This document shows, piece after piece, positions 47,126 through 60,150 of a stretch of DNA of 64,000 nucleotides. Each line of letters begins with the position of its first letter. The first letter of the stretch is position 1. The DNA is taken from contig OZ024745.1 of the NCBI GenBank assembly GCA_964016885.1, forward strand, positions 106,330,001-106,394,000, in the 5' to 3' direction. Under the pieces are notes generated by a model that was given only the letters and a program-made list of their open reading frames with translations, ran no database searches and was not told where the DNA came from. Source of the DNA: Eledone cirrhosa. Lineage: Eukaryota. The position numbers and the translations under genes are program-made.

Positions 47126-47803
47126 ATACAAATTTTAGTAGAGCATCAACGAAGCTTTTGGCAGAAGCCAAGCCAACGAATGCAGATTCGGTGTGCAGCT
47201 AAGCACTCAATGGATGATATTACCCCAGAGTTATAACATTACGTTTAGACAGCTTTGCAAATCAAATACAGCGACCGATAGTCGGGCCGTATTGCCATAG
47301 CGACGAGAAAAACTGAACTCAGGGGAAATGTTTGACTGACCTAGACCGTAACGTAAACATCAAATGCAACACATAACGTATAGCATAAAATGTATATCAC
47401 ATATAACATACAACATCTCCGCTAGGTTTCTATAAATCCGAGATCGACAAATTCCACTTGCAGGGGTCTGCAAGTTAATGGCTTTTGACGACAGAACAAA
47501 GGAGTTTACTTCGTCAACAAGTTTTTCGTTTTAATCCTCAACGGGTGTATTTTCTAGCAGTAAATTTCGCTAGAGACACGTCGTTTTCCCGAAGGGAGGT
47601 AACCCCCGTTTTGGCGGTCAATTCGAAATTTGGGACAGAGGAATAAAATTCCTTTAGACAAACCGAATTAAGCACTCAACTAGAAGTTCTCAAACAAACA
47701 TAAACAATTAATCAATCAATAGAATTGTCTAATTAAATGAATCAGTTAATCGTTAATTCTAGGAGTTAATAATACAAATTTTAGTACAGCATCAACGAAG
47801 CTT
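47126..47803 (-). mobile_element. (AT)n-flanked element bounded by 32-bp direct repeats (period 646)
   Basis: atacaaattttagta(g/c)agcatcaacgaagctt at 47126 and 47772; gcactcaa motif at 47203 and 47672. Confidence 0.55.
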
Positions 47804-47965
47804 ATATAAATATATATATTTATTAAAATAACAGATTAAAGTTTAAGCAAAGAATCGCTGCTTTCACCCTTAACGGGATCTTCTGAAACTAACCCTTATC
47901 GAGCCCTCTTTGGATTTTAGTCTTCAAATTTATTATTATTACTATATATATATATATATATATAG

Positions 47966-48013
<48 letters not shown>

Positions 48014-48053
48014 GGAAAAAACATGGTAAAAGTGAACGCTTAATAGAGGTATC

Positions 48054-48430
48054 TAAGGCGGGTAAAATTCCCGAGATCTATGGACGAGTTCTCTCCAGCG
48101 GTCTCTGTCCCTCATTATCGCTGCCATATCCTGCATCTCCAACAGACCAGTGTCTGTCCTTAGCGCATCAACATATGTTAACCTTGGTCTTCCTCTTCTA
48201 GTGTGTCCATGTAGGGGCTCCCAAAGGAGCACTGAGTGCAATGTCAACTCTGGATGTCGGTGAGCATGTCCAGCCAACCTCAGTCTCCTCTGTGTCACTT
48301 TTGAGCTGACTTCTAGTGTGTCCATGTAGGGGCTCCCAAAGGAGCACTGAGTGCAATGTCAACTCTGGATGTCGGTGAGCATGTCCAGCCAACCTCAGTC
48401 TCCTCTGTGTCAGTTTTGAGCTGACTTTTG
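48054..48430 (-). mobile_element. RTE 3' fragment (same family as 9168-10010) with ~116-bp tandem duplication
   Basis: [12 protein letters not shown]...RRGRPRLTYVD; 48197-48312 is repeated at 48313-48428. Confidence 0.85.
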
Positions 48431-48843
48431 AGCTCCATTTATAGGTTAAATAACTACCTTATTCGAGTGGCGCCGGTAAGGTATTGTCAGCCATTGAAAA
48501 GAAATAGAGGTATATGTTATATAAAAAAGACAGAATGCTAGAGGAAAATGGGAAAGAAAGGTATTGGAATATATGTAAGGAATATGTTCCTTGGGTAATA
48601 ATTTTCGATCTGTATCTGTATATAACTATCGATGTTTAATAAAGAACAGCTGTTTACATGATAATATAGCAGGTAAGTGAACAGGACTTGAAGATTCTAG
48701 CGTTGCATCTTGAAGCGATTAACCAATATTGGTTATATCCATATGATTTTCAATAGCAGATTATAACAAAAATAAACTGACATCAACACACACCCAAATT
48801 CTCACACACAGCTATACATGCACATAATTGCATTGACACAAAC

Positions 48844-48889
<46 letters not shown>

Positions 48890-49289
48890 TCAGGCTTATA
48901 CATACGTACATACATATATATGCTCAGGCATATACATACATACATACATACATACATACATACATACATACATACATACATACATACATGCTTACACACA
49001 GTGAGGCTATAGGAATTTAACTTAAGGACTGGGAAACTGTTCAGTATTACTCGAAGTAATGTGGTAAATATAGAGAGGGGGCGAGTTTGATGGTAATGGA
49101 TATAGTGAGGAGGATAATAAGTGTTTTGAATGAGAAATATATACATAGAGAGTGCTGTATAGTAAAGATAGAGAGTGGAAGAGTGTGGTGGTAATTTATA
49201 TAGAGAAGGGTATTGGGAAAGATAGATATAGATAAAGAAATTTGTCGAGTTTGCTAGTAATAGATTGAGTGAGGGCCATTGTGAGAGAA

Positions 49290-50095
49290 TGTTGTATATT
49301 AGATATAGAGAGGAGGAGAGTTGACCGGTGATGGATAGATTGAGATGGATTGAGAGAGAGTGTCGTATGGTAGATATAGAGAGGAGGAGAGTTGACCGGT
49401 GATGGATAGAGTGAGATGGATTGAGAGAGAGTGTTATATGGTAGATATAGAGAGGAGGAGAGTTGACCGGTGATGGATAGAGTGAGATGGATTGAGAGAG
49501 AGTATCGTATGGTAGATATAGAGAGGGGGGTTGACCGGTGATGGATAGAGTGAGATGGATTGAGAGAGAGTGTCGTATAGTAGATATAGAGAGGGGGAGA
49601 GTTGACCGGTGATGGGTAGAGTGAGATGGAGTGAGAGAGAGTGTCGTATGGTAGATATAGAGAGGAGGAGAGTTGACCGGTGATGGATAGAGTGAGATGG
49701 ATTGAGAGAGAGTGTCGTATGGTAGATATAGAGAGGGGGGAGTTGACTGGTGATGGATAGAGTGAGATGGATTGAGAGAGAGTGTCGTATGGTAGATATA
49801 GAGAGGGGGGGTTGACCGGTGATGGATAGAGTGAGATGGATTGAGAGAGAGTGTCGTATGGTAGATATAGAGAGGGGGAGAGTTGACCGGTGATGGATAG
49901 AGTGAGATGGATTGAGAGAGAGTGTCGTATTGTAGATATAGAGAGGAGGAGAGTTGACCGGTGATGGATAGAGTGAGATGGATTGAGAGAGAGTGTTGTA
50001 TGGTAGATATAGAGAGGGGGAGTTGACTAGTGATGGATAGAGTGAGATAGATTGAGAGAGAGTGTCGTATGGTAGATATAGAGAAGGGGAGAGTT
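49290..50095. repeat. ~60-bp purine-rich minisatellite, ~13 copies, with decayed flanks (49060-50500)
   Basis: Unit gagagttgaccggtgatggatagagtgagatggattgagagagagtgtcgtatggtagatatagagagg. Confidence 0.95.
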
Positions 50096-50729
50096 TGGTG
50101 GTAATTGATATAGAGAGTGGGAGTGGGTTATATATTAGACATAGAGAGTGGGACAGATTGATGTTTATTGAAATAGAGAGGGAGTAATGAACGATGACGT
50201 GTTGTTGATATAGAGAGGAGGAGAATTTGGTGGTGATGGATAGTGAGGGGTATTGGGAGAGATTAGTATAAATAGACATAGAGAGGGAGAGAGTTTGATG
50301 TTGATTGGTATAGAGAGGGGGAGGGAGGTAATGAGAGAGTTCCGTGTTGTAGATATAGAGGGGATGAAAGTTTTGTGTTAATTGAAATAGAGAGGGGGAT
50401 TGGAAGATTGTTCTGTGTAGAGGATATAGAGGGGAAGAGAGTTTGGTGTTTATTGCTGTAGAGAGGGGGATTGGAAGAGAGTTTCGTGTAGTAGATATAG
50501 GAGATGGATAAATTGGGTATAATGCCAGTTTCTTACCAGATGCGGAGAAGCTCGTTATATTAACCCTTTAGGAAAGGAATTTTATATGCCTATATATGCA
50601 TATATATATATATGTCAGATAGGGTATGAAAAAAGTCAGCTAGACCATAACCGACCTGATCTAGCGGTCGGAGCTCAGTCGTCGGGGTCCTGAATCATTT
50701 TATATTGCATATATATATATATATATATA

Positions 50730-52614
50730 TATTAATTCAAAATATTAACAAAAATAGACATTCGTGTGATCAAGTATATTTTATTATACATATTTCAGAG
50801 GTACTGAGCTATCTTCAACAGTACGTCCTCATCAGATAAAATAAGATGATGCATGACATACTCTGATTTAGTAGATGGTTAAGATTCAGTCATGGTAGTG
50901 AATATTATATGACAAGACTCAATATTTATATACCTTAAGATTGAGACATGAACAAATTTACATATAATACAGATGGTGCATGTGAGAAAGCTTAAAAATA
51001 CATAATAGCAAATTTACATAACTGTTAGAGATTCAAATAATTTAAATTATTGAAGAAAGAAGAAAGAGAGAAACAGATGAGGAAAAAATATAGTTACTAG
51101 AAGTATAGAAAGCAAAAGAGAGTTGATCAAGGATAGAGAGACAAAAAGGAATAATGTTTATAGTATAAAGCATAGATAAATACATGAATATACATTTGGG
51201 CATAGCTTTGTGAAAGAGTAAACTCGAATCATTGAATTATCTAGAAGTATCCATCAATGTAAATATTAAATATATCTGGGTGTAATTATATGAGGGTTTA
51301 ATTTAGAGTCCTTAGTTAATTAGAAATATACTAACAATTAATTATATACACTATATATATCGAAACGTATCCGGCTGACCGTTTAATTTCGAATTCTTTT
51401 TGTTAGTTCAGAATAATTAATAATCTAAAGGTATAATATTTCAGGCTATAAAAATTCATAAATATCTATATTAATCTTAAAGTATACTAACATATTTAAT
51501 TTATAAAATCATATTTAAATTATTTGCAAACATGAGAAAGAGACGTAGTATTTTCATCCACACGAAGGTAATCCATATTAAATTATATTACCTTATATTA
51601 TTTTCCTATATTAAAATAATTCTCATTATATAATTTAGAAAATAATTACAGTTATAACTTTAAAATTTTTAAATTAACAATTAGAATGCCCTAAAGTATC
51701 TAAAGGCCTTATAATTAAACTTAAAAAAGTAATTATTAAATTAGATATATGCATTTGTCTAAATATATACAAAGAGTATATTGTCTAAAGTTCAAGACGA
51801 TATTAATCAGTTATATATAATATAATATAATATAATAAATAAGTTACTGTTAATATCTGGCTTCTAGATACATTTATAAGTACTTTAGATACTTAAGGAC
51901 ATTCTAGTGTTATAAATGTTAAATATTTTCTAAATTATATAACGATTATTATTTTTTAAATTTAATTAAATTCGGGTTACCTTCGGGTCGATGAAAATCT
52001 TAAGTTTTCTCTTTCTCATGTTTGCAGACACTTTAAATATGATACTATACTACTATATAGATCCTTAAAAATGTTCTTGTATTTTTAAATTATATAGCTT
52101 AAATATTTGGCACTTATATGATCGCAAACAATTTATTTATTTATTTTGAATCCGGTTCGTATCCTTATGATTCATGAAATTTTTATAGTATAAATGTATT
52201 CCATGATCCTAATATAATAATTGATCTAAAACCTTAATTTTAACAATATTAACAGTAACTTATTATATTATATTATATTATGTTATGTATAACTGACTAA
52301 TATCGTCTTGAACTTTAGACAATATACTCTTTGTATATATTTAGACAAATGCATATATCTAATTTAATAATTACTTTTTTAAGTTTAATTATAAGGCCTT
52401 TAGATACTTATTTTATCTGATGAGGACGTACTGTTGAAGATAGCTCAGTACCTCTGAAATATGTATAATAAAATATACTTGATCACACGAATGTCTATTT
52501 TTTGTTAATATTTTGAATTAATGTTAATAACTCCGGAAAACCATAACTCTTGAGTGCTTCCAATCTATTGTAAAACTCATTCTTTGATTTATTCATTGAA
52601 CCTTGTTTAACCTT

Positions 52615-52618
<4 letters not shown>
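50730..52618. mobile_element. Long family B hammerhead element (HHRs 50778-50842 minus, 52410-52474 plus)
   Basis: ~115-bp terminal inverted copies with intact CTGATGA/GAAA, AT-rich non-coding body, nested internal inversions, tail ending at (AT)n. Confidence 0.8.
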
Positions 52619-52672
<54 letters not shown>

Positions 52673-52676
<4 letters not shown>

Positions 52677-53182
52677 AAAGTGATTGAAATATATTCATGC
52701 ACAGAAAAGTGTGCAATAAGACATATATAAACATAGAACTAGAGACAATCTTCACTGAAAGTAAGACTACATAATTCGTTGAGCATCTTATTAAATTTAC
52801 TAAAAAAATTAAAACAAAATACCTGATAACGATCAAATATATTTCCCTCATATGTATTCTCCACAAAATCAGAATACATTTCACTGAATAACGGCGAAAT
52901 TAGATATTTAGAAACGGATCATCAGTGAGGGAATTTCAAAATCATTTAATCTCACTCAATGTAGGGCTGAAAGTGGCTAAACGCACATGGTACCAACACG
53001 TGAATTTTAGTACTCGCAACGACATGAAGGGTTCTTTGTTTAAATTTTTTTAGTAAATTTAATAAGATACACAACGAATTATGTAGTCTTACTTTCAGTG
53101 TAAATTGTCTCTAGTTCTATGTTTTGATATGTCTTAGTGCATACTTATCTGCGTATGAATATATTTTAATCACTTTCTTATA
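52673..53182. mobile_element. Hammerhead element family K (HHR 52843-52933 minus) with ~145-bp inverted arms
   Basis: rc TTCCCTCA-CTGATGA-...-GAAA-TGTATTCT loop AGAATACA-TA-TGAGGGAA: 8-bp stem I, 9-bp stem III. Confidence 0.8.
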
Positions 53183-53291
53183 ATGATTAAGGCTCGAATT
53201 TATTCTCTGAATTCTATCTTGAGCTGCTTTTAGAAACAAAGACATATGTTTGATTTTGTATCATTCATGACACCCTTTAATTTGAAAGTAA

Positions 53292-53472
53292 TAATTATTT
53301 CTACTTTTGGCACAAGACCAGCAATTATCCCAGTGCATTACTGGTACTTTATTTCATCGCCCCCGTAAGGATGAAAAGCAAAGTTAACCTCGGCGGGATT
53401 TGAACTCAGACCATAAAGAGTTGTAACTCTTTGCGTCAAAGCATGGCATCTGACCCTCTACCGATACTGACA
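53292..53472 (-). mobile_element. S1 SINE
   Basis: Reverse-complement match to S1; agtaataat duplicated at the flanks. Confidence 0.9.
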
Positions 53473-53717
53473 GTAATAATAATAATAATATAATTGAAAA
53501 TAAGCAGAGAAATTGGAAAGGCTGTGTTACACCCTCTTCTGTAATCAGTAAAGTAATCCATGATACATTTTAAAAAAGACGATAATATATATAAACTGCA
53601 TTACCGTGAAATGTAATGAAAACAAAAAAGGAGAAAATTAGCGACAGGAATGTAAACGTTATGATGCAAATATATGAATGTTTATATATGCGATATGTAT
53701 ATATATATGTATATATA

Positions 53718-53784
<67 letters not shown>

Positions 53785-53955
53785 ATATGTGTATGTATAT
53801 GTGATGTGAATGTTAATATTTAAATTTGTGCGTATAGCCATATTTAAGTTTGTATGATGAACCGGAAGTGTATTCGCTAACGGTCTAAAACGCTGTAAGA
53901 CCTCTTGGTTGAATATGATACATCATTTGGAGAATCCATTGATATATATATATAT

Positions 53956-54210
53956 GTAGATCCCGGGTTAAATCGGGGATAACCACAGTAAATAAGGTAC
54001 TCAATACATAGCAGAGTAAAAGTAATTTAATATAGAAATGGCTTCTACAGGACTAGAACTGTTTCATTCGGAGGAAATCACAAGAAAGCCGACTGTCAAT
54101 GTAAATTTCTGGTATTTATAAATACCAGAAATTTACATTGACAGTCGGCTTTCTGATTTCCTCCGAATGAAACAGTTCTAGTCCTGTAGAAGCCATTTTT
54201 ATATTAAATA
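53956..54210. mobile_element. Family G hairpin element (degenerate HHRs 54040-54090 minus, 54147-54194 plus)
   Basis: Palindrome centred near 54117, tail on the left containing gtactcaa. Confidence 0.75.
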
Positions 54211-54470
54211 TATATATATATATCTATATATGTGTGTATGTATATGTGATGTAAATGTTAATATTTAAATTTGTGCATATAGCCATATTTAAGTTTGTTT
54301 GATGGACCGGAAGTGTATTCGCCAACAGTCTAAAACGCAGTAAGACCTCTGGGTTGAATATGATACATAATTTGGAGAATCCATTGAGATAAGTTCAAGT
54401 TTATTATTATTTTCGGTTCGCATGAGATTTGTACATATTTTTATATATATGTAGGTATGTGACATGCGTG

Positions 54471-54515
<45 letters not shown>

Positions 54516-54524
54516 GTGTGTGTG

Positions 54525-54740
<216 letters not shown>

Positions 54741-54782
54741 ATGTGAATGTTAATATTTAAATTTGTGCATATAGCCATATTT

Positions 54783-57700
54783 CCTTCTCACTTCACACCC
54801 ACCCGCCCCACCTCCACCACGTTTGGTATACATGCCCGACGCTGTACGATAACCGCTCCCTTGTGAATATATCATCGAACAGACAAGGTGTGGACGGAGG
54901 CTCCCTAAGCCGTAGTTTTAGGCAACCCGTCTAGGAGAGCTACCACTCCGAATGAATTGGTGCAGGGTAGAGAAGTCTCCTGAGTCCAGTAAGGCGATCT
55001 CTCTAGTGCTGGTGGCACGAATAAAAGCACCCAGTCCATGCTGTAAAGTGGTGCTGGTGTTAGGAAGGGCATCCAACCAGTATATATACTACTGCCAAAC
55101 ACTATGAACACAACGATTGAAATTTGCAACAACTGCGTACACAGCAATAACACTAACCATGTTAGGTCTACGCACGGTAGTGGGGTGGCTGGTGCGGTCA
55201 TGTGCGAGAACCCCCCGACCGTCATCAAGCAATTGCACAAAAACAACTACGTAAACAGCAATAACACTAACCATGTTAGGCCTGCGCACGGTATTGGGGT
55301 GGTTAGTGAGGCCATGTGTGAGAACCCCAATACCGTCATCAAGCAATCGCACAACAGGAAAAAGAACGAGACGTCGCATCCCAGATTTGCTACACTTAAT
55401 GTTGGCACTCTAACAGGTATATCTGGTGAGATAGCGGAGATGCTGGAGAGGAGGCATGTGGATGTGTGCTGTGTGCAAGAGGTGAGATGGAGAGGTGCCT
55501 CTGCAAGACTAATCGCAGGCAAACATCGTAGTTATAAGCTTTTCTGGGTGGGTAATGATGATGGGTTAGGTGGGGTGGGCATATTACTGACTGAGAGGTG
55601 GATCAATAAGACAATAGAGGTAGTTAGAATTAGTGATAGAATAATTAAGCTTAGATTAGTTGTAGGCAAGAGACTGCTGACAATCATCTCTGCCTATGCT
55701 CCCAGGCAGGCCTAGGTAAAGAACAGAAAGACTGCTTTTACGAGCAACTTTTACAGGCAGCCTCAATGACAGAGAGCAGAAACATCGTTAAGCTAGCAGG
55801 GGACTTCAATGGACATGTTGGACAGCTCCAGAGTGGATATACTGTGGTACATGGTGGGCACGGTTACGGCTCAAGAAATGAAGAAGGAATGAGGCTTCTT
55901 GAAATTTGTGATGCAAGTGCACTAACCATTTGCAACACTAAGTTCCAGAGGCCTATCAACCACCTAATAACCTACAAATCAGGCGAGCACATAAGCCAGA
56001 TTGACTTCCTGATAGTTAGACAGCGAGACAGACAGATGGTGTCAAATACTAAGGCATATGCTGGGGAAGAATGTACCCCATAGAGTAGGTTAGTCGTTAG
56101 TGACATCTCAGTAAGCATGAGAAAGAATGAGACATACAGGAAGGTCTGGAAAAGAAAGGTCTGGAAGCTAAAAGACCTTTCATTAAAATATAAATTTAAC
56201 AAAGCCCTTCAAGACGTGTATGACGAAAAAGAAGACGATTTAGAGTTGTATGATATAGATGATAACTGGACTTTCTTACGTGACAACTTACTGCAGGCTA
56301 CTGAAGAAACTTGTGGTTGGGGCAGAGCTTCAACCAGACAGAGAGTGACCTAGTGGTATAACAGCACGGTAGATAGGGCCATTAGAGATAAAAGACTGGC
56401 ATGGAAGGCTTGGAAAAATGGTGGGAGTAGGGAAGGATACACATCTGCTAGGAGAGAAGCTAGACGTCAGGTGTACTTAGCACGCAGGGAGGCTGAGGGT
56501 AGGAAATTTCCCAATGCTCTGTAACGGGAAGATCAGAGACGTGCGGTGTTCCGCATTGCAAGGCAATGTGGCAGTGCAAATCAAGATGTTGTTGGAGATA
56601 AATGTGCCCGGAATGATGCCGGTGTACTTAGTGTCACGAATGATCAAAAAAAGGAGGTCTGGAAATGTCACTATGAGAGACTGATGAATGTAGAGAATGA
56701 ATGGGGCAGAGAGAAATTACCCCCAGTAGACCCAACAGAGGGACCAGCTATTGAGATTGACGAATATAGGGTACAAGAGGCAATTAAAGAAATGAAGAAT
56801 GGTAAGGCTGATGGACCGTCGGGGATAGGTCCTGAGATGCTGAAGGCATCAGGTGAAGTAGGCATTAAACTGGTTGCACGCATCATCAATCAAGTTATAT
56901 ATGGCGGTGTCATACCTAAAGTCTGGTGCAGCAGTATTCTCATAAATTTCTACAAAGGTAAAGGGGTTGCTCTAGAGAGGAGCAATTAGAGGGGCATAAA
57001 GCTGATGGATCAGGTTATGAAAGTGGCAGAGAGAATATTAGCGCAACTGATTAGAGACAGGGTCAAATTAGATGAGATGCGGTTTGGTTTTGTGCCTCGG
57101 AAAAGTACAACAGATGCTCTCTTCTTAGTGAGGCAACTACAAGAGAAGTTCTAGGCGAAGAATTAGCCACTATACTTAGCTTTTGTTGACCTAGAGAAGG
57201 CCTTTGATAGGGTATCCCGATCTGTCATCTGGTGGTCCCTAAGAAAACTAGGTGCAGAGGAATGGCTTGTGAGGGCAGTGCAAGCTATGTACATGGGTGC
57301 TATCAGTAAAGTGAGCGTAGGTATGGAGTTTAGTGGGGAATACCAGATACAAGTAGGTGTACATCAGGATTCGGTCCTCAGCCCGCTCCAAGCTATAACA
57401 GAGGAGTTTAAGACTGGATGCCCATGGGAACTTCTCTATGCCTAATATCTGGCTCTTATAGCAGAATGAGTAGAGGAGCTAGATAATAAATTCTGGCTAT
57501 GGAAACAGCAGTTTGAATCAAGAGGACTAAGAGTGAACATAGCAAGACAAAAGTGTTGATAAGTAGAAGAGAGGACAATACTCCGATTCCATCAGGGAAG
57601 TGGCCATATTTGATATATAGGAAAGGAACTGGCATACATTCCATAAAATGTACGCAATGCAGATCTTGGGTACACAAGAGATGTAATGGGATAACAGGCA

Positions 57701-58423
57701 AACTAACATCTACTACGTATGCAGTAGATGTACAGGAAAAGTTGGCAGTATTAATCGCAGTGATAGACACATTTTTCTAATACAGGTGGGTTCTATAGAA
57801 GAGGTTGATAGCTTTCGGTACCTAGGTGATCAGATTAGCATGGGAGGGGGTGTTCCGAGGCCATAGTATCTCAAATAAGGACGGGTTGGAAGAAGTTTAG
57901 GGAGCTGCTTCCTTTGTTGACAAAGAAGGGTTTCTCCCTGCATACGAAAGGACGGTTATATGATGCATGTGTGAGATGCGCGATGCTGCATGGTAGTGAG
58001 ACGTGGGCGGCATCTGCAGAGGATATGAGACGGCTGGAGAGAAATGAAGCAAGTATGCTCCGTTGGATGCGCAATGTCAATGTGCGTGAACGACCAAGCA
58101 TGGACGAGTTGAGAAAGAAACTGGGTATAAGAGGGATAAGTTGTGGTGTGCAGGAGAGAAGGCTGAGATGGTATGGATATGTGATGCGCATGGAGGATGA
58201 CCGCTGGGTAAAGAAGTGCCAAGAAATCCCAGTAGAAGGAAGACGCAGAAGTGGTAGACCACGTAAAACATGGACGGAGATGGTGAGAGCAGACGTCAGA
58301 TCGCTGAAACTCACCGAGGAGATGACGAAGGACCGTGACAAGTGGAGAGATGCTGAGCTGAATTTGACCCGTCCAACCATTGCCAGCAGGGAAAAGCAGG
58401 CGTAAAATGATGATGATGATGAT
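54783..58423 (+). mobile_element. Near full-length, inactivated RTE-clade LINE (APE + RT)
   Basis: APE motifs LNVGTLTG, DVCCVQEVRW, AGDFNGHVG, SQIDF; RT FVDLEKAFDRV, HQDSVLSP; C-terminal HGSETW, RRLRWYG, GRPRKTW; (TGA)n tail; many stops and frameshifts. Confidence 0.92.
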
Positions 58424-58451
58424 ATATGCAATATATATATATATATAACAT

Positions 58452-58519
58452 CTCTCTCTGACGACCGATCCAGACATATATTATTATTGTCTGGGATCCA
58501 GAAACCTTTGGTAATGGAG
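58452..58519 (+). ncRNA. Hammerhead, family R
   Basis: ctctct-CTGACGA-ccgatccagaca loop tgtctgggatcca-GAAA-CCtttGG-TA-atggag; stem I imperfect. Confidence 0.65.
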
Positions 58520-58553
58520 TAGTTATATTTTGTGTTGTTCACTTTTTAATTAA

Positions 58554-58640
<87 letters not shown>

Positions 58641-58983
58641 CAAAAGGGATATTCAATTTGTTGGTAATTCAACAAATATAAATGTTTATAACTGATTCAG
58701 AGCACTCGACTAAATAAATAAATATATATATATATATATAACATTTCAAGTTATCAATAATGTAGTGATAATATATCGTCACGTTAGAGATGAACAGCGT
58801 ACGTGTAGGTTTGCTCAACGAGTATAAATTATATTCCGGAGTATATGTAGAAAAGATGAATATAAAATGAAAGTGCTTTTATAATATAAATACTTCATCT
58901 TCTTCCAAAAGATGAATATAAAATGAGAGTGCTTTTATAATATAAATACTTCAATTTTTCTGATTTTTTTCCAATTTATCCAA

Positions 58984-59094
58984 TATTTCTGAAGAAGTGA
59001 CAACTGATTATACATTTGCTATCGAATACTTGCTAACATTATATGATTACGCAAGCAGCGATACATAGGTATGTTACAGAAACATATGTCAATA
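58984..59094 (+). ncRNA. Hammerhead, family N (element ~58640-59141)
   Basis: tattt-CTGAAGA-aGTGACA...TGTTACa-GAAA-CATATG-TC-aata; downstream 59109-59141 is inverted and duplicated at 58851-58950. Confidence 0.7.
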
Positions 59095-59137
59095 CCTAAT
59101 AAATTCATTTATAAAAGCACTTTCATTTTATATTCAT

Positions 59138-59250
<113 letters not shown>

Positions 59251-59259
59251 TTATCGCTC

Positions 59260-59503
59260 TACATGGCTGAATACAATAAAAGTAATCTGTGTTTTTCGAA
59301 TATTAATAATAATATTCGATTAGTTTGCAATTATGCAAACAAGCCTCTTTTAAGCCATGTCAGTAGAATGAGCCCCTCATTTACATGCCAACACAAGAGC
59401 AAGAAGGAGGGGCTCATCCTACTGATATGGCTTAAAAGGGGCTTATTTGCATAATAGCAAACGTATCGAATATTTTTATTAATATTCGAAAAACTCAGAT
59501 TAC

Positions 59504-59512
<9 letters not shown>
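59260..59512. mobile_element. Family M hairpin element between (AT)n tracts
   Basis: ~105-bp diverged inverted arms; no canonical HHR core visible. Confidence 0.65.
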
Positions 59513-59536
<24 letters not shown>

Positions 59537-59537
<1 letters not shown>

Positions 59538-60150
59538 GGTGGCTGCCAACTAACTCGTTTTCGAGTACGGCCACTACTTTATATCCATGTAAGAGAACCC
59601 CTACCGATGCGCTGAACGAGTGTGACGTTTTAGTCCAGCCAGCGACTTGAAAACTCTGGTACAAACACTACACTTGTGACAATTATTGACACATAGTGCT
59701 GGGCTCATGTTACCATATGACGACAAGTGTAGAGAGATCTCCAGATATAAAGCAATGCCTGTGCCGTGAAGCTTTTATAGTGAGCAAAGGCACTGCACAA
59801 AGCCAGTCCCACTCTCTTAACCAAGATGATATTTACCAAAAAGAAGAACAAGTCAACATCATTGGATACCATCAATGTTGCAGGTGTTATATCAGAGTTT
59901 TCCTTCTCCTAGAATTCTGCCTTGACAAAAGCTAAGGGGTCATCTCTCCTGGTGATTTTAGATGGCCATTGACTCTTAAGAGCTCCTTTGGCCTTTGAGA
60001 GGTTTTTTTTTTTGTCCTGCAGGATATCCAAAGTCACCCTCCTCACCAAGAAACCTTGGTGGGGTTGCCAGTTTAGTCGCCAACGACTCGACCATGAGAC
60101 AACTTGTACTGGGATACATGTTACCAGTAGCACCAACTGGTGACCTGACA
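59537..60150 (-). mobile_element. Internally deleted RTE derivative retaining C-terminal C2H2 finger
   Basis: rc ...CHKCSVCTRVFKSLAGLKRHTRSAHR*; 5' part homologous to 8048-8245. Confidence 0.65.

Noticed and set aside
47850-47890. rc CAGAAGA-TCCC-gttaa-GGGT-GAAA HHR-like motif
   Set aside because: Core mismatch and unconvincing stems I and III; possibly a decayed copy but not supportable.
49434-50279. 281-aa repetitive ORF and regular repeat array (CRISPR-like at a glance)
   Set aside because: Pure tandem minisatellite with no unique spacers; unit lengths vary out of frame; eukaryotic context with no cas genes.
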